From Akkermansiaceae bacterium (GTDB lineage Bacteria; Verrucomicrobiota; Verrucomicrobiia; Verrucomicrobiales; Akkermansiaceae), in contig JBPOGF010000009.1 in NCBI GenBank assembly GCA_051251915.1, positions 64,001 through 128,000 on the forward strand: a DNA stretch of 64,000 nt. Reading direction: 5' to 3'. A program made the translations under genes and the position numbers. Below the pieces are notes generated by a model. That model was not told the origin of the DNA. It worked only from the letters and a program-made list of their open reading frames with translations, and ran no database searches. Positions 18,755 through 27,650 of this stretch are shown one piece after another; within the stretch, counting starts at the first letter, position 1, and every line of letters starts with the position of its first letter.

Positions 18755-19360
18755 CTACAGCTCATCTGTTTTAAAGGTTGTGTACCCCTCATAGTAGTAG
18801 CTCACATCGATTCCTTTGATATAGACTTCTCGGTCGCTGATCTTTGAGCTTAGGGCCTGTTTGAGGAGGTGTTTGATCTCGATGTCTTTCACCACGCTAC
18901 GCTCCATCGCCATAAGGTAGTCTTCTTTACCGATCTGATTCCAATCCACCACTTGTTGCAGTTCTTGTTTAAAGATGAGGTCTAGCCAGATTCTCGTTGC
19001 TCTACCATTGCCCTCTCTAAACGGGTGGGCAACATTCATCTCCACATATTTCTCTACAATAAGCTCAAAGGTGTTCTGAGGCATTTCGTCAATGTGCTCA
19101 AGCGAAGGCCTCAAGAACATCACAGAGGCAAAACGAAAGCTCCCTTTTGCGATATTGACTTCTCTTAATTTCCCAGCGGAACAGTCAATCTCATCAAAAA
19201 GATACTCATGAATGAAGGCGAGACCAGCATAGGTGCCGACCTCGACTTTATCAATATCACCAGAATCGAAGAGCTGCTTTGCATTTCTCTTGCTGATTTC
19301 CTCCTCCGCTCTAGCAAGGGAAGCTTGGTCATTGATGTTCAATTTGTTTTCTAAGATCAT
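18755..19360 (-). CDS. fic: Fic-domain AMP-transferase, class III type
   Basis: Canonical HPFREGNGRATR plus C-terminal inhibitory SYYYEG; TTGCAA-17-TATGAT promoter upstream (about 19382-19410). Confidence 0.92.
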   Translation of the reverse strand: MILENKLNINDQASLARAEEEISKRNAKQLFDSGDIDKVEVGTYAGLAFIHEYLFDEIDCSAGKLREVNIAKGSFRFASVMFLRPSLEHIDEMPQNTFELIVEKYVEMNVAHPFREGNGRATRIWLDLIFKQELQQVVDWNQIGKEDYLMAMERSVVKDIEIKHLLKQALSSKISDREVYIKGIDVSYYYEGYTTFKTDEL

Positions 19361-19434
19361 GCTACTTTTTCTAGTCCTATTATCATACTTAACAAACAGC
19401 CAACTTGCAAGGAAGAGGAGTATTTAAAACTCCA

Positions 19435-19470
19435 AAAAAGCACCAGATCACTGAGAGATCTGATGCTTTT
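19435..19470 (-). terminator. Intrinsic terminator
   Basis: aaaaaagcaccagatc-actgaga-gatctgatgctttt hairpin with T tract on the minus strand. Confidence 0.75.
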
Positions 19471-19511
19471 GAAATTGTTTGCTAATCTAATCGTCGCAAT
19501 TTAACAGACGT

Positions 19512-19638
19512 TCGTGATAACCAATGGAACTGAGCTAATGCCGTTGATTTGAGCCATCTTGTGCATGCCATCTCTCCATCTTACAGCTAGACCTTAGTTG
19601 TTTGCAGATCCATGATTTCACTTGTAAGAGCCTTATGC
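19512..19638 (-). pseudogene. Degenerate duplicate of the rpsG 3' end
   Basis: Aligns colinearly with 20820-20950, including an exact 18-mer tgagccatcttgtgcatg (19550-19567 and 20861-20878); contains indels. Confidence 0.85.
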
Positions 19639-19648
19639 CCCCTAGCGA

Positions 19649-20647
19649 TCAGTCTGCTATCACCTCATCAAACACCTTACTAAACGCCTCATAGTCCTCG
19701 AATTGAGGCATATGCCCCAAGCCCTCCAACTCATACAACTTCGACCCCTTGATCAACGCCTGCGTTTTCTTCCCCAGTTTATCATACTCGCCCAGAGTTT
19801 TCGTCACACCAGACTTCTTCCATCCTCTCCCTGGTCCAGTCTTATCTCTAGTGCCAATGACAAGATGTGTCGGAGTAGTAATTTGTGGAAATTTCGCCAC
19901 GATGTTCTCTGAGAAAATAGGCCCATATGTTAGCGCATTATTCCAAGCCACTATCTCCCAGTCACCACCCGCAATCTGCCCTTCAGTTGGAACTAGCAGC
20001 TCTTCATAAGCATCAGACCACTTACCATCATAATAATTCTTCTGTTGATATGCCCTCGCCTTATCAAGAGTTTTCCCTAGCTCGTTTTGATAGAAAAAAT
20101 CCGTATCCTTAAACTGCGCATACTTCCCATAAGCCTCTAAACCAATAGGGTTAATTAAAATTAATTTATTCAACACCTCAGGATAATCCACCGCAAACGT
20201 AGTCGCCACCATTCCCCCCATCGAATGCCCCACAATATCATATTTCTTGAGATCCAGACTATCTAACAACGACTTCGTATTCAACGCCAACTGCCCCAAA
20301 CTATACTGATAAGCCTTAGGCTTAGAAGATTTCCCAAAACCAATCTGATCCGGAATAATCACCCTATAGCCCTTCTTTACCAAATCCTTAGCAATCCGCT
20401 CCCAATAGAATCCAGAGAAATTTTTACCATGCAGCAAAACAATCACCTTCGTAGAAGATTGATCCCCCACATCCATATAACGCATCTTCAACTCCTGATT
20501 CTGAGTCTTAAGACGATAAGTGCTAACCTCAAACGGATAATCAAACCCATCTAACTCCTGATTATATTTAACCTCAGCCGCAGCCTGAGCACTAACCGGC
20601 ACCACCAATGCAGTAGCCGCCACCAAGACCATAGATAACATCTTCAT
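19649..20647 (-). CDS. Secreted alpha/beta hydrolase
   Basis: LLHGKNF, PDQIGFGKS, nucleophile GHSMGG, GHMP; signal peptide from MKMLSM (20647). Confidence 0.9.
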   Translation of the reverse strand: MKMLSMVLVAATALVVPVSAQAAAEVKYNQELDGFDYPFEVSTYRLKTQNQELKMRYMDVGDQSSTKVIVLLHGKNFSGFYWERIAKDLVKKGYRVIIPDQIGFGKSSKPKAYQYSLGQLALNTKSLLDSLDLKKYDIVGHSMGGMVATTFAVDYPEVLNKLILINPIGLEAYGKYAQFKDTDFFYQNELGKTLDKARAYQQKNYYDGKWSDAYEELLVPTEGQIAGGDWEIVAWNNALTYGPIFSENIVAKFPQITTPTHLVIGTRDKTGPGRGWKKSGVTKTLGEYDKLGKKTQALIKGSKLYELEGLGHMPQFEDYEAFSKVFDEVIAD

Positions 20648-20826
20648 TCCTTTAAATTGAGTAACCATATTCGCGAAAAATATGCCAGTTTCACCACCTG
20701 TCAAGTAGAGGTAAGTTTTCTCTCCATATCTAGCTTTCAGTACAAAAAAATAGTGAATCACCTTACGATGATCCACCAAAATATATTTCTTAGCTCGTGA
20801 CAGGCTAGACGCCTGCTACTCGTTGA

Positions 20827-21300
20827 CTACCAACGGAAGTGAGCGAACGCACGGTTAGCCTGAGCCATCTTGTGCATGTCATCTCTCTTTCTTACTGCTG
20901 AACCTTGGTTATTTGCAGCATCTTTGATTTCGTTAGAAAGGGCCTTGTGCATTGGCACACCCTTTTTGTTACGAGCAAATGTTACAAGCCAACGCATTGC
21001 GAGTGACTCAGAACGCTCAGGAGCTACCTCGAGTGGCACCTGATATGTTGCTCCACCTACACGGCGAGACTTAACCTCTACGCGTGGCTTTGCATTCTCG
21101 ATTGCACGTGTGATGACCTCAAGTGGATCAACAGTGTCAGTGCCTTCGTTTGCTGTTTCGATTGCCTTATAAACAATCTTCTCTGAGATAGAACGCTTAC
21201 CGTCCTTCATGACCTTGCTGATTAGTGTTCCCACCAATTGGCTGTCATAACGTGGATCGCGGCGATCCTTCTTTGCATTTACTGCTCTTCTGCGAGACAT
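20827..21300 (-). CDS. rpsG: 30S ribosomal protein S7
   Basis: MSRRR, VEVKSRRVGGATYQVP, HKMAQANRAFAHFRW. Confidence 0.99.
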   Translation of the reverse strand: MSRRRAVNAKKDRRDPRYDSQLVGTLISKVMKDGKRSISEKIVYKAIETANEGTDTVDPLEVITRAIENAKPRVEVKSRRVGGATYQVPLEVAPERSESLAMRWLVTFARNKKGVPMHKALSNEIKDAANNQGSAVRKRDDMHKMAQANRAFAHFRW

Positions 21301-21342
21301 AGTATTAAATAGTTATTTGATTAAAATTGATTGAGCGAAAGA

Positions 21343-21717
21343 TTACTTCTTAGGCTTCTTAGCTCCATACTTAGAGCGAGATTGCTTACGTCCGTCTACT
21401 CCGAGAGTATCAAGCGCACCGCGAACGATGTGGTAACGAACACCTGGCAAATCCTTCACTCTTCCACCACGGACTAGCACGATGCTGTGCTCCTGGAGGT
21501 TGTGACCTTCACCACCGATGTAGGCGATTACTTCTTGGCCGTTAGTGAGACGAACTTTAGCTACCTTACGGAGAGCTGAGTTAGGCTTCTTTGGAGTACG
21601 AGTCATTACCTGAAGGCAGACTCCGCGTCTTTGTGGGCAGTTAGCAAGCGCACGTGATTTAGACTTCACTTCTGGAGTCTTACGGCCCTTACGAACTAGT
21701 TGATTAATTGTTGGCAT
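21343..21717 (-). CDS. rpsL: 30S ribosomal protein S12
   Basis: [29 protein letters not shown]; true start at 21717. Confidence 0.99.
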   Translation of the reverse strand: MPTINQLVRKGRKTPEVKSKSRALANCPQRRGVCLQVMTRTPKKPNSALRKVAKVRLTNGQEVIAYIGGEGHNLQEHSIVLVRGGRVKDLPGVRYHIVRGALDTLGVDGRKQSRSKYGAKKPKK

Positions 21718-21850
21718 ATAGCTATTTGTAGGTGGGAGCTTGCTGAAAGGTGATAACTCCACGGGACCCTCCCATATCATTAAAATCAACCTGCTTACTC
21801 CCTTTATTAATATTGATTAATAGAGTCTCTTTCTGCGCGAGACTCGGGGT

Positions 21851-21892
21851 GGGCGGCGAACTTACTCAGATTTAACGATCTGACAAGCCCTA
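21851..21892 (-). promoter_or_regulatory. Putative rpsL-rpsG promoter (TTGTCA-16 bp-TAAGTT, GC-rich discriminator)
   Basis: tagggcTTGTCAgatcgttaaatctgagTAAGTTcgccgccc. Confidence 0.7.
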
Positions 21893-21983
21893 ATTTAGAA
21901 TCCCAGAGACTTTTTCTCAAAAAACCGCACAACTTAACAAAATTTAAATAAAAAAATCCACCCCAACCACCAATCCTACACAA

Positions 21984-23525
21984 CTACGACTCATCACCTA
22001 TTTCTTCAGCAGCCGCCTCGTCATCTTCTATAAGAGACTCTATCGCTCCCGCCTCATCCTCTATCTCTTGCTCCATCATATCTGCCACGGCAATAGCACC
22101 AACTGCAGCTCCCACCATCGCCCCAGCAGCCACACCCGCGGATACCCCGGCATCGCCTCCTTCATTATCCTGCATACTCTCAGTCCCCTCCTCCACATCA
22201 AACCCAGCCGAATCAAGACCACCCTCTCCCCCAGACCATCGCTCCTTTTCTTCCTCCAGCTCCTTCAGCCACTCACCTGAAACATTCTCCTCTCTAAACT
22301 CCTCAATCTCAGGAATCACCTCTCGACTAAACCCCTCATGCGGCATGCGCTCTGCAGTCCTATGATTAAAAACATCATACGCCAAAAACCCCGTCACCCT
22401 GTGATGACTCGCAAAATAATAATATGAGCCGTATCCACGATAATCATCATAATAAAAAAGACTACTCCGCATCCTACGTGACCACCCCAACCTCTTCTGC
22501 GCCCCCTCTTTCTTCATTGCCGGTATCTGCTGAAGCCATTTAGACTTATCCCCCCTCACTCGGCCACTTGGATTCCTGCGCCACTTTTGACTCACCCGGT
22601 TAATACTCTGCACCCTCTGGTTTCTATCTTCCTCCTCAGACTCTAAATAACTGATCAAGTTCGATGCGTAATCATATTTTTTCGAGACCGCATGAACTTT
22701 AGCAGCCAAAACCCTGAACTCATCAGGAACTCTCGCCAAGATCGCGTCTGGCCCAAGCGTTTGAAAATAATCCCCAAATATCTTCTCGGCATGCTCCCTC
22801 ACTATCCCTTCAAAATTAAACTCCCAGCCATTCAACTCATCAAAATGCCTCACCAACTCTACAGCCTCATCCCTCACCTTCTCAGTAATCAATAACCGCT
22901 CCTTCAACCCGCGCACCTCTTCCAGTATCGCCTCATAACTATCCGCAACTGACCGCAACGACCTCTCCTGAAATAACCCCGCCACCCTAACTCTATACTT
23001 CTTCTCCTTAGCAGCCTGAAAAGTAATCACCTTCCACAACTTCTTCAACCCACTATCCACCCGCAACTCATGACACCCCCTCTCATACAACCATTGAAAC
23101 TCCACCGCCTCATAGTCTCCCAGCTTAGACTCCTCCTCACCCAACTCATCCTTCGCGTCACACACACCCTCCACATATCTAGCCGAATCCGCCTCTAACA
23201 ACTCATACCGCCCCTGAATCACCTCATGCCCCTTTAACTCATCACGCTCACTTAACTTCAGCTTCCTCTTAGCCAGTAAACTCTCATACAACCCAGCCAA
23301 ATGACTCACTCCCCACTCTCTACTAAGCTGCTCCAGCTTCCCCTCATCCAACTTGCCACCTAGCAATCCAGCCACCAACTCAAGCCGCGCACCTTGAACC
23401 TCTAGCTGATACTGATCCCTCTCTCCCATCAACTGCGCTATCTCTGCACGATATTCCTCCGCTTGAGATTGGTACTCATTCACCGCTTGATCGGCCTCGC
23501 GTATCGCTTGTCTCTTAGTCCACAT
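21984..23525 (-). CDS. Hypothetical helical/coiled-coil protein with acidic tail
   Basis: 513-aa ORF overlapping the upstream GT gene by 11 nt; no family recognised. Confidence 0.8.
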   Translation of the reverse strand: MWTKRQAIREADQAVNEYQSQAEEYRAEIAQLMGERDQYQLEVQGARLELVAGLLGGKLDEGKLEQLSREWGVSHLAGLYESLLAKRKLKLSERDELKGHEVIQGRYELLEADSARYVEGVCDAKDELGEEESKLGDYEAVEFQWLYERGCHELRVDSGLKKLWKVITFQAAKEKKYRVRVAGLFQERSLRSVADSYEAILEEVRGLKERLLITEKVRDEAVELVRHFDELNGWEFNFEGIVREHAEKIFGDYFQTLGPDAILARVPDEFRVLAAKVHAVSKKYDYASNLISYLESEEEDRNQRVQSINRVSQKWRRNPSGRVRGDKSKWLQQIPAMKKEGAQKRLGWSRRMRSSLFYYDDYRGYGSYYYFASHHRVTGFLAYDVFNHRTAERMPHEGFSREVIPEIEEFREENVSGEWLKELEEEKERWSGGEGGLDSAGFDVEEGTESMQDNEGGDAGVSAGVAAGAMVGAAVGAIAVADMMEQEIEDEAGAIESLIEDDEAAAEEIGDES

Positions 23526-24999
23526 AATTTTGTTTTGTTAGTAATTTTTCTACAGCCCGTTGATTATCACAATCACCTCTCAAACTATTCACTCCATCCT
23601 TCACCAGATCTTTGATAGCCCGCAACTGCTGCCCCCAAGACATCCCCGCCTCTGTTAAACTCTCCTGAATCTGAGCCATCTTTAATAACTCCACCCCTAG
23701 CAACTTCAGCACCTCACCACCAACATCCTTCTCAGAAGCCGCAGCAATACACCTCTCCTGCCACCCCTCACCACCATCACATTCAACCACAAAAACCTTC
23801 CACAACCGGTAACACTCACTCACAGACTCCGCTCCCCAATACCCCAAACTATAAGACTCAAGAGCCAGAAGCGCCATCGAAGCCTCAAGCCTTAACTCCA
23901 CATTAGCCGCACTCCCTCTCAAACAAGTCGTCACCATCTCATACGCAGCCACACTATCACCAACAGCGTAATCCCTACTCATAAGCCCCCCCGGCACCCC
24001 TGCCTCCAAACCACACCTAATCTCTTCTAACAAAACCTCACGAGAACAATCCAGATCCACCACCCCATGCCAGCCCGCCTCCGCTCCTTGCTCCACTCTT
24101 CGCTCCTGCACATCCATCCCCTTCGTCTGGACAAAAAACAAACTATTCACCCCCGCCGCCATCAACTCCTCATACGTATTATACCCCGCCGCACTCACCG
24201 CCAGATCCACCCCATTAAAATACCGACTCACCCCACACTCAGTCACCGCCACCACATTATCTTTACCATAAACCTTCTCACAACTCGAGAGTGCCCCATA
24301 ACCCAATATCACCTTCACATCGAAACTCAACAGCACATCCAACAACTTCCCAACCTGCTCCTCCGCCTCAGCATCACCCCCTCCACCCGCTGAAAGATAA
24401 ACTAATTTCTGCCCACCACTCACATGAAAATACTCCCTCACCCGCTCCCGCCCCCAAGCCTCAGATCGCTCAAAATTATGCACCTTCCCCACAAACTTCA
24501 CCCTCCCTAGCACCTCATCACCATATGAATAATCTTGCCTATACTCCTCATCATCCGGAACAAGAATCTTATCAAACAACGGCAAATGCGCCTGATGAAC
24601 ACGCGCCCCCCTATACTCCGACCTCTTATGCCGGTCTATCAAAACACGGTTCTTCGCAAAATCCTTCACAAACGCAAATTCCTGAAAACTCCCCTGCGCA
24701 ATCGTATCCATCACCAATAAATCAGGCGAGAAATGCGCCAGCATACCACTCACCATCATCTTCCCATTCGCCGCATACCGGCTAGCCGCCCCCCTTCGCC
24801 CCTGAAACCCCGCCCTGCTCGGAATCTTAAACACCGGAAAATCTCGCACCAAATAATCCGCCTCACTCGTCGTCAAAAACTGAATATCCGCCTCCTGCCC
24901 AAGCATCTCTAACAAACACCTCAACTTCTTAGCCACAGCATAGCACCTACTCAGATGCCCCAACCCCTGCCCATTGATCGCATAAAAACACACCTTCAT
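23515..24999 (-). CDS. GT-B fold glycosyltransferase-like protein (MurG/GT28-like) with C-terminal extension
   Basis: NGQGLGHLSR, YLSAGGGG, AVSAAGYNTYEE; start at MKVCFY. Confidence 0.8.
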   Translation of the reverse strand: MKVCFYAINGQGLGHLSRCYAVAKKLRCLLEMLGQEADIQFLTTSEADYLVRDFPVFKIPSRAGFQGRRGAASRYAANGKMMVSGMLAHFSPDLLVMDTIAQGSFQEFAFVKDFAKNRVLIDRHKRSEYRGARVHQAHLPLFDKILVPDDEEYRQDYSYGDEVLGRVKFVGKVHNFERSEAWGRERVREYFHVSGGQKLVYLSAGGGGDAEAEEQVGKLLDVLLSFDVKVILGYGALSSCEKVYGKDNVVAVTECGVSRYFNGVDLAVSAAGYNTYEELMAAGVNSLFFVQTKGMDVQERRVEQGAEAGWHGVVDLDCSREVLLEEIRCGLEAGVPGGLMSRDYAVGDSVAAYEMVTTCLRGSAANVELRLEASMALLALESYSLGYWGAESVSECYRLWKVFVVECDGGEGWQERCIAAASEKDVGGEVLKLLGVELLKMAQIQESLTEAGMSWGQQLRAIKDLVKDGVNSLRGDCDNQRAVEKLLTKQNYVD

Positions 25000-25177
25000 A
25001 ATAAACAACCTAAATAGACCGCCCCTCCAGCACACACAACATATCACAACCGTTCATAGCATTTATAAATAATACTTGGAAAATAAATGTCAAGGTTCTG
25101 CAAATCAGCAACAAACTACCTATAGATTAAAGATTACATTGCCATCCTAGACTACCATCACTATGCTCTCACTCACC

Positions 25178-26482
25178 ATGCAAGTCATCACCAGATTTAT
25201 CACCATCATCTCCCTCACCAGTTTTGCGCTTTCTACACTAAGCTGCAAAAACAAAAAAACTCTGAGTTCATCCACAAAAGAAACCCAAGAAGAAAAAGCC
25301 GAGTCCATCAAAAGCGCCTACACAACAACAAACGACTTCTCTGACACTCAAAACGAAAAAGAAATAGCCCAAGACCTCCTCAACAGATTCGGCGAAGCCT
25401 TAACCGCTAAAAACCAAAAGAAAATCGCCAGTATCTTCTCAGGACAACCACTCGCTGACCTCTGCATAGAAAACTTAAGCACAAAAACCTCCTCCGCTGA
25501 GAAGGAGAAAATCACCAGCCAGATCACCAAAACCCTTCCACTTGTATTCACACAATTTGCAACCCTCCTAGATTTCGATGAAATCGAAATTCTCAAGATT
25601 GAGAAAATATCTGATCACGAATTTGCGGCATACACCCGAGAATGGGATGACTCCATGGAAACCTACGCCAGATCTCGGTGGTGGTTCACCCTCATCAACA
25701 AAAAGTGGTGCCTATACGACTATGAAGATATCGAAGGTGGCACAAGAATGTCCACCATGCTCGTCGTCATGCTCTCCTCAGACATTAAAGGCAACACCTG
25801 GATCAAACCCTATCAAGAACTCACACTCATGCTTCAAAACCTAGACAGCATGAATGACATAGACTTTAACCTCTTCGTTAAAAACGGCAAAGCAATCATG
25901 GATGCTAACCCTCCCGAAGCCGTCAAAATCTCAGCATCCATTATCTACCTAGGTGGCTTAATCCAGTCAGAAAAATTTGAACTCGCCAGCGACACAGCCA
26001 CCACAATGCTAACTGAATACCCAGATCAACACATCCTCCATTACTTCTTAGGCACCAGCCAATATGGATTAGGAAATTACAATAACGCCCTCGCATCATT
26101 CAAAACCTACCAGCAAAATATGGGGACCGACTCCGAGACCCTCATGCTCCAAAGCGACGTCTATTATGAACTAGGAGACCACAACGAAGCCAAAAATTAC
26201 AGCCTACGAGGCTTAGCTATGAACCCAAGGCACGCCGGATGCATAGCCAGCTACGCCGTACTACTAAAAAAAGAGCAGTGGCCAGAGCTCCTCCCCATGA
26301 TCAAGAACACAAAAAAAGACCCCGAAGCATATGAAATCATCCTAGACTACGCCATCGCATGCGATAAACAGGATCTCGCCAAATGGCTACTATCCAACTT
26401 CAAAACAAATCACCCCTCAGAAACAGATCTCATCGAATACTACGACAGCGAGCTCCTAGAAGATTCACAGGAAACTGACTAA
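25178..26482 (+). CDS. Putative lipoprotein with C-terminal TPR-like repeats
   Basis: Lipobox TLSC; HYFLGTSQYGLGNYNNALASF and YYELGDHNEA TPR-like segments. Confidence 0.75.
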   Translation: MQVITRFITIISLTSFALSTLSCKNKKTLSSSTKETQEEKAESIKSAYTTTNDFSDTQNEKEIAQDLLNRFGEALTAKNQKKIASIFSGQPLADLCIENLSTKTSSAEKEKITSQITKTLPLVFTQFATLLDFDEIEILKIEKISDHEFAAYTREWDDSMETYARSRWWFTLINKKWCLYDYEDIEGGTRMSTMLVVMLSSDIKGNTWIKPYQELTLMLQNLDSMNDIDFNLFVKNGKAIMDANPPEAVKISASIIYLGGLIQSEKFELASDTATTMLTEYPDQHILHYFLGTSQYGLGNYNNALASFKTYQQNMGTDSETLMLQSDVYYELGDHNEAKNYSLRGLAMNPRHAGCIASYAVLLKKEQWPELLPMIKNTKKDPEAYEIILDYAIACDKQDLAKWLLSNFKTNHPSETDLIEYYDSELLEDSQETD

Positions 26483-26520
26483 TTCCTTGCATCTCGCCTC
26501 CCACACTTTATCAAAAAGCC

Positions 26521-27640
26521 ATGTCCGAAACCTATAACGCTGACCTCCTGGCAGTAGATCTTGCATCCATCGATGACAGGATAGCTACACTCAGGAGGTA
26601 TCTTTGACGTCCCAAAACTACAGCTCGAGCTCGAAGAACTTGAGCACATCATGACAGAAAGCGACTTCTGGGACAACCCCACCAATGCACAAGCCAAAGT
26701 CGCAGAGTCAAATGCCATCAAGCGTAGACTCCTCCCATTCCTAGAACTAGAACAGCGCTCAGCAGACCTCGCCGAGCTCATCTCCCTAGCCAAAGAATAC
26801 CAAGACGCCGACTCAGCACTAGAAGCTGCAGATGAATTTAAAGCCATCACCAACCAGCTAGACAAATTCGAGCTCATCACCCTACTAGACAAACCAAACG
26901 ACCCCTCCAGCTGCTACCTCACCATCAACTCCGGAGCCGGCGGCACAGAAGCCTGTGACTGGGCAGAAATGCTCATGCGTATGTACACCCGCTGGGCCAC
27001 AGCCAAAGGCTACAAAATCTCATCCGTTGACTACAAAGAAGGAGACACCACAGGCATCAGCGCCGCCACCGTCAAAGTCGAAGGAGAATACGCATACGGC
27101 TACCTCAAAAACGAACGCGGCGTCCACCGCCTAGTCCGCATCTCCCCATTCGACTCCGCAGGAAAACGCCACACCTCATTCACCTCCATCGATGTCACCC
27201 CAGAAATGGACGACTCCATCAACATCGAGATCAACCCCGCAGACCTAGACATCCAGACCGCACGCTCAGGCGGTGCAGGTGGCCAAAACGTCAATAAAGT
27301 CGAAACCGCCGTCATCCTCAAGCACAAGCCAACCGGCATCATGATCCGCTGCACCCAAGAGCGCTCCCAGCTCCGCAACCGTGAAGTCGCCATGGAAATG
27401 CTCAAAGCCAAACTCTATCAAATCGAAGAAGACAAACAAAAAGCCGAGTCCGAGCGCGCCTACGGCGAAAAGGGCGACATCGGCTGGGGCAACCAAATCC
27501 GCTCCTACGTCTTCCAACCCTACCAAATGGTAAAAGACCTCCGCACCGGTGAAGAAAGCGGCAACATCCAAAACATCATGGACGGAGAAATTGACCCCTT
27601 CATCGAAGCCATGCTTAAGGGACAAACAAAATCCAAATAA
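26521..27640 (+). CDS. prfB: Peptide chain release factor 2, expressed by programmed +1 frameshift
   Basis: SPF and GGQ motifs; ATG 26521 reads to AGGAGG-tat-CTT-TGA-C (26593-26608); the +1 frame joins the 26651 ORF. Confidence 0.97.
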
Positions 27641-27650
27641 CTCAAATCTT

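Noticed and set aside
15532..20800. Prophage or integrative element
   Set aside because: No integrase, transposase, structural or conjugation genes; only the rpsG relic suggests a past insertion
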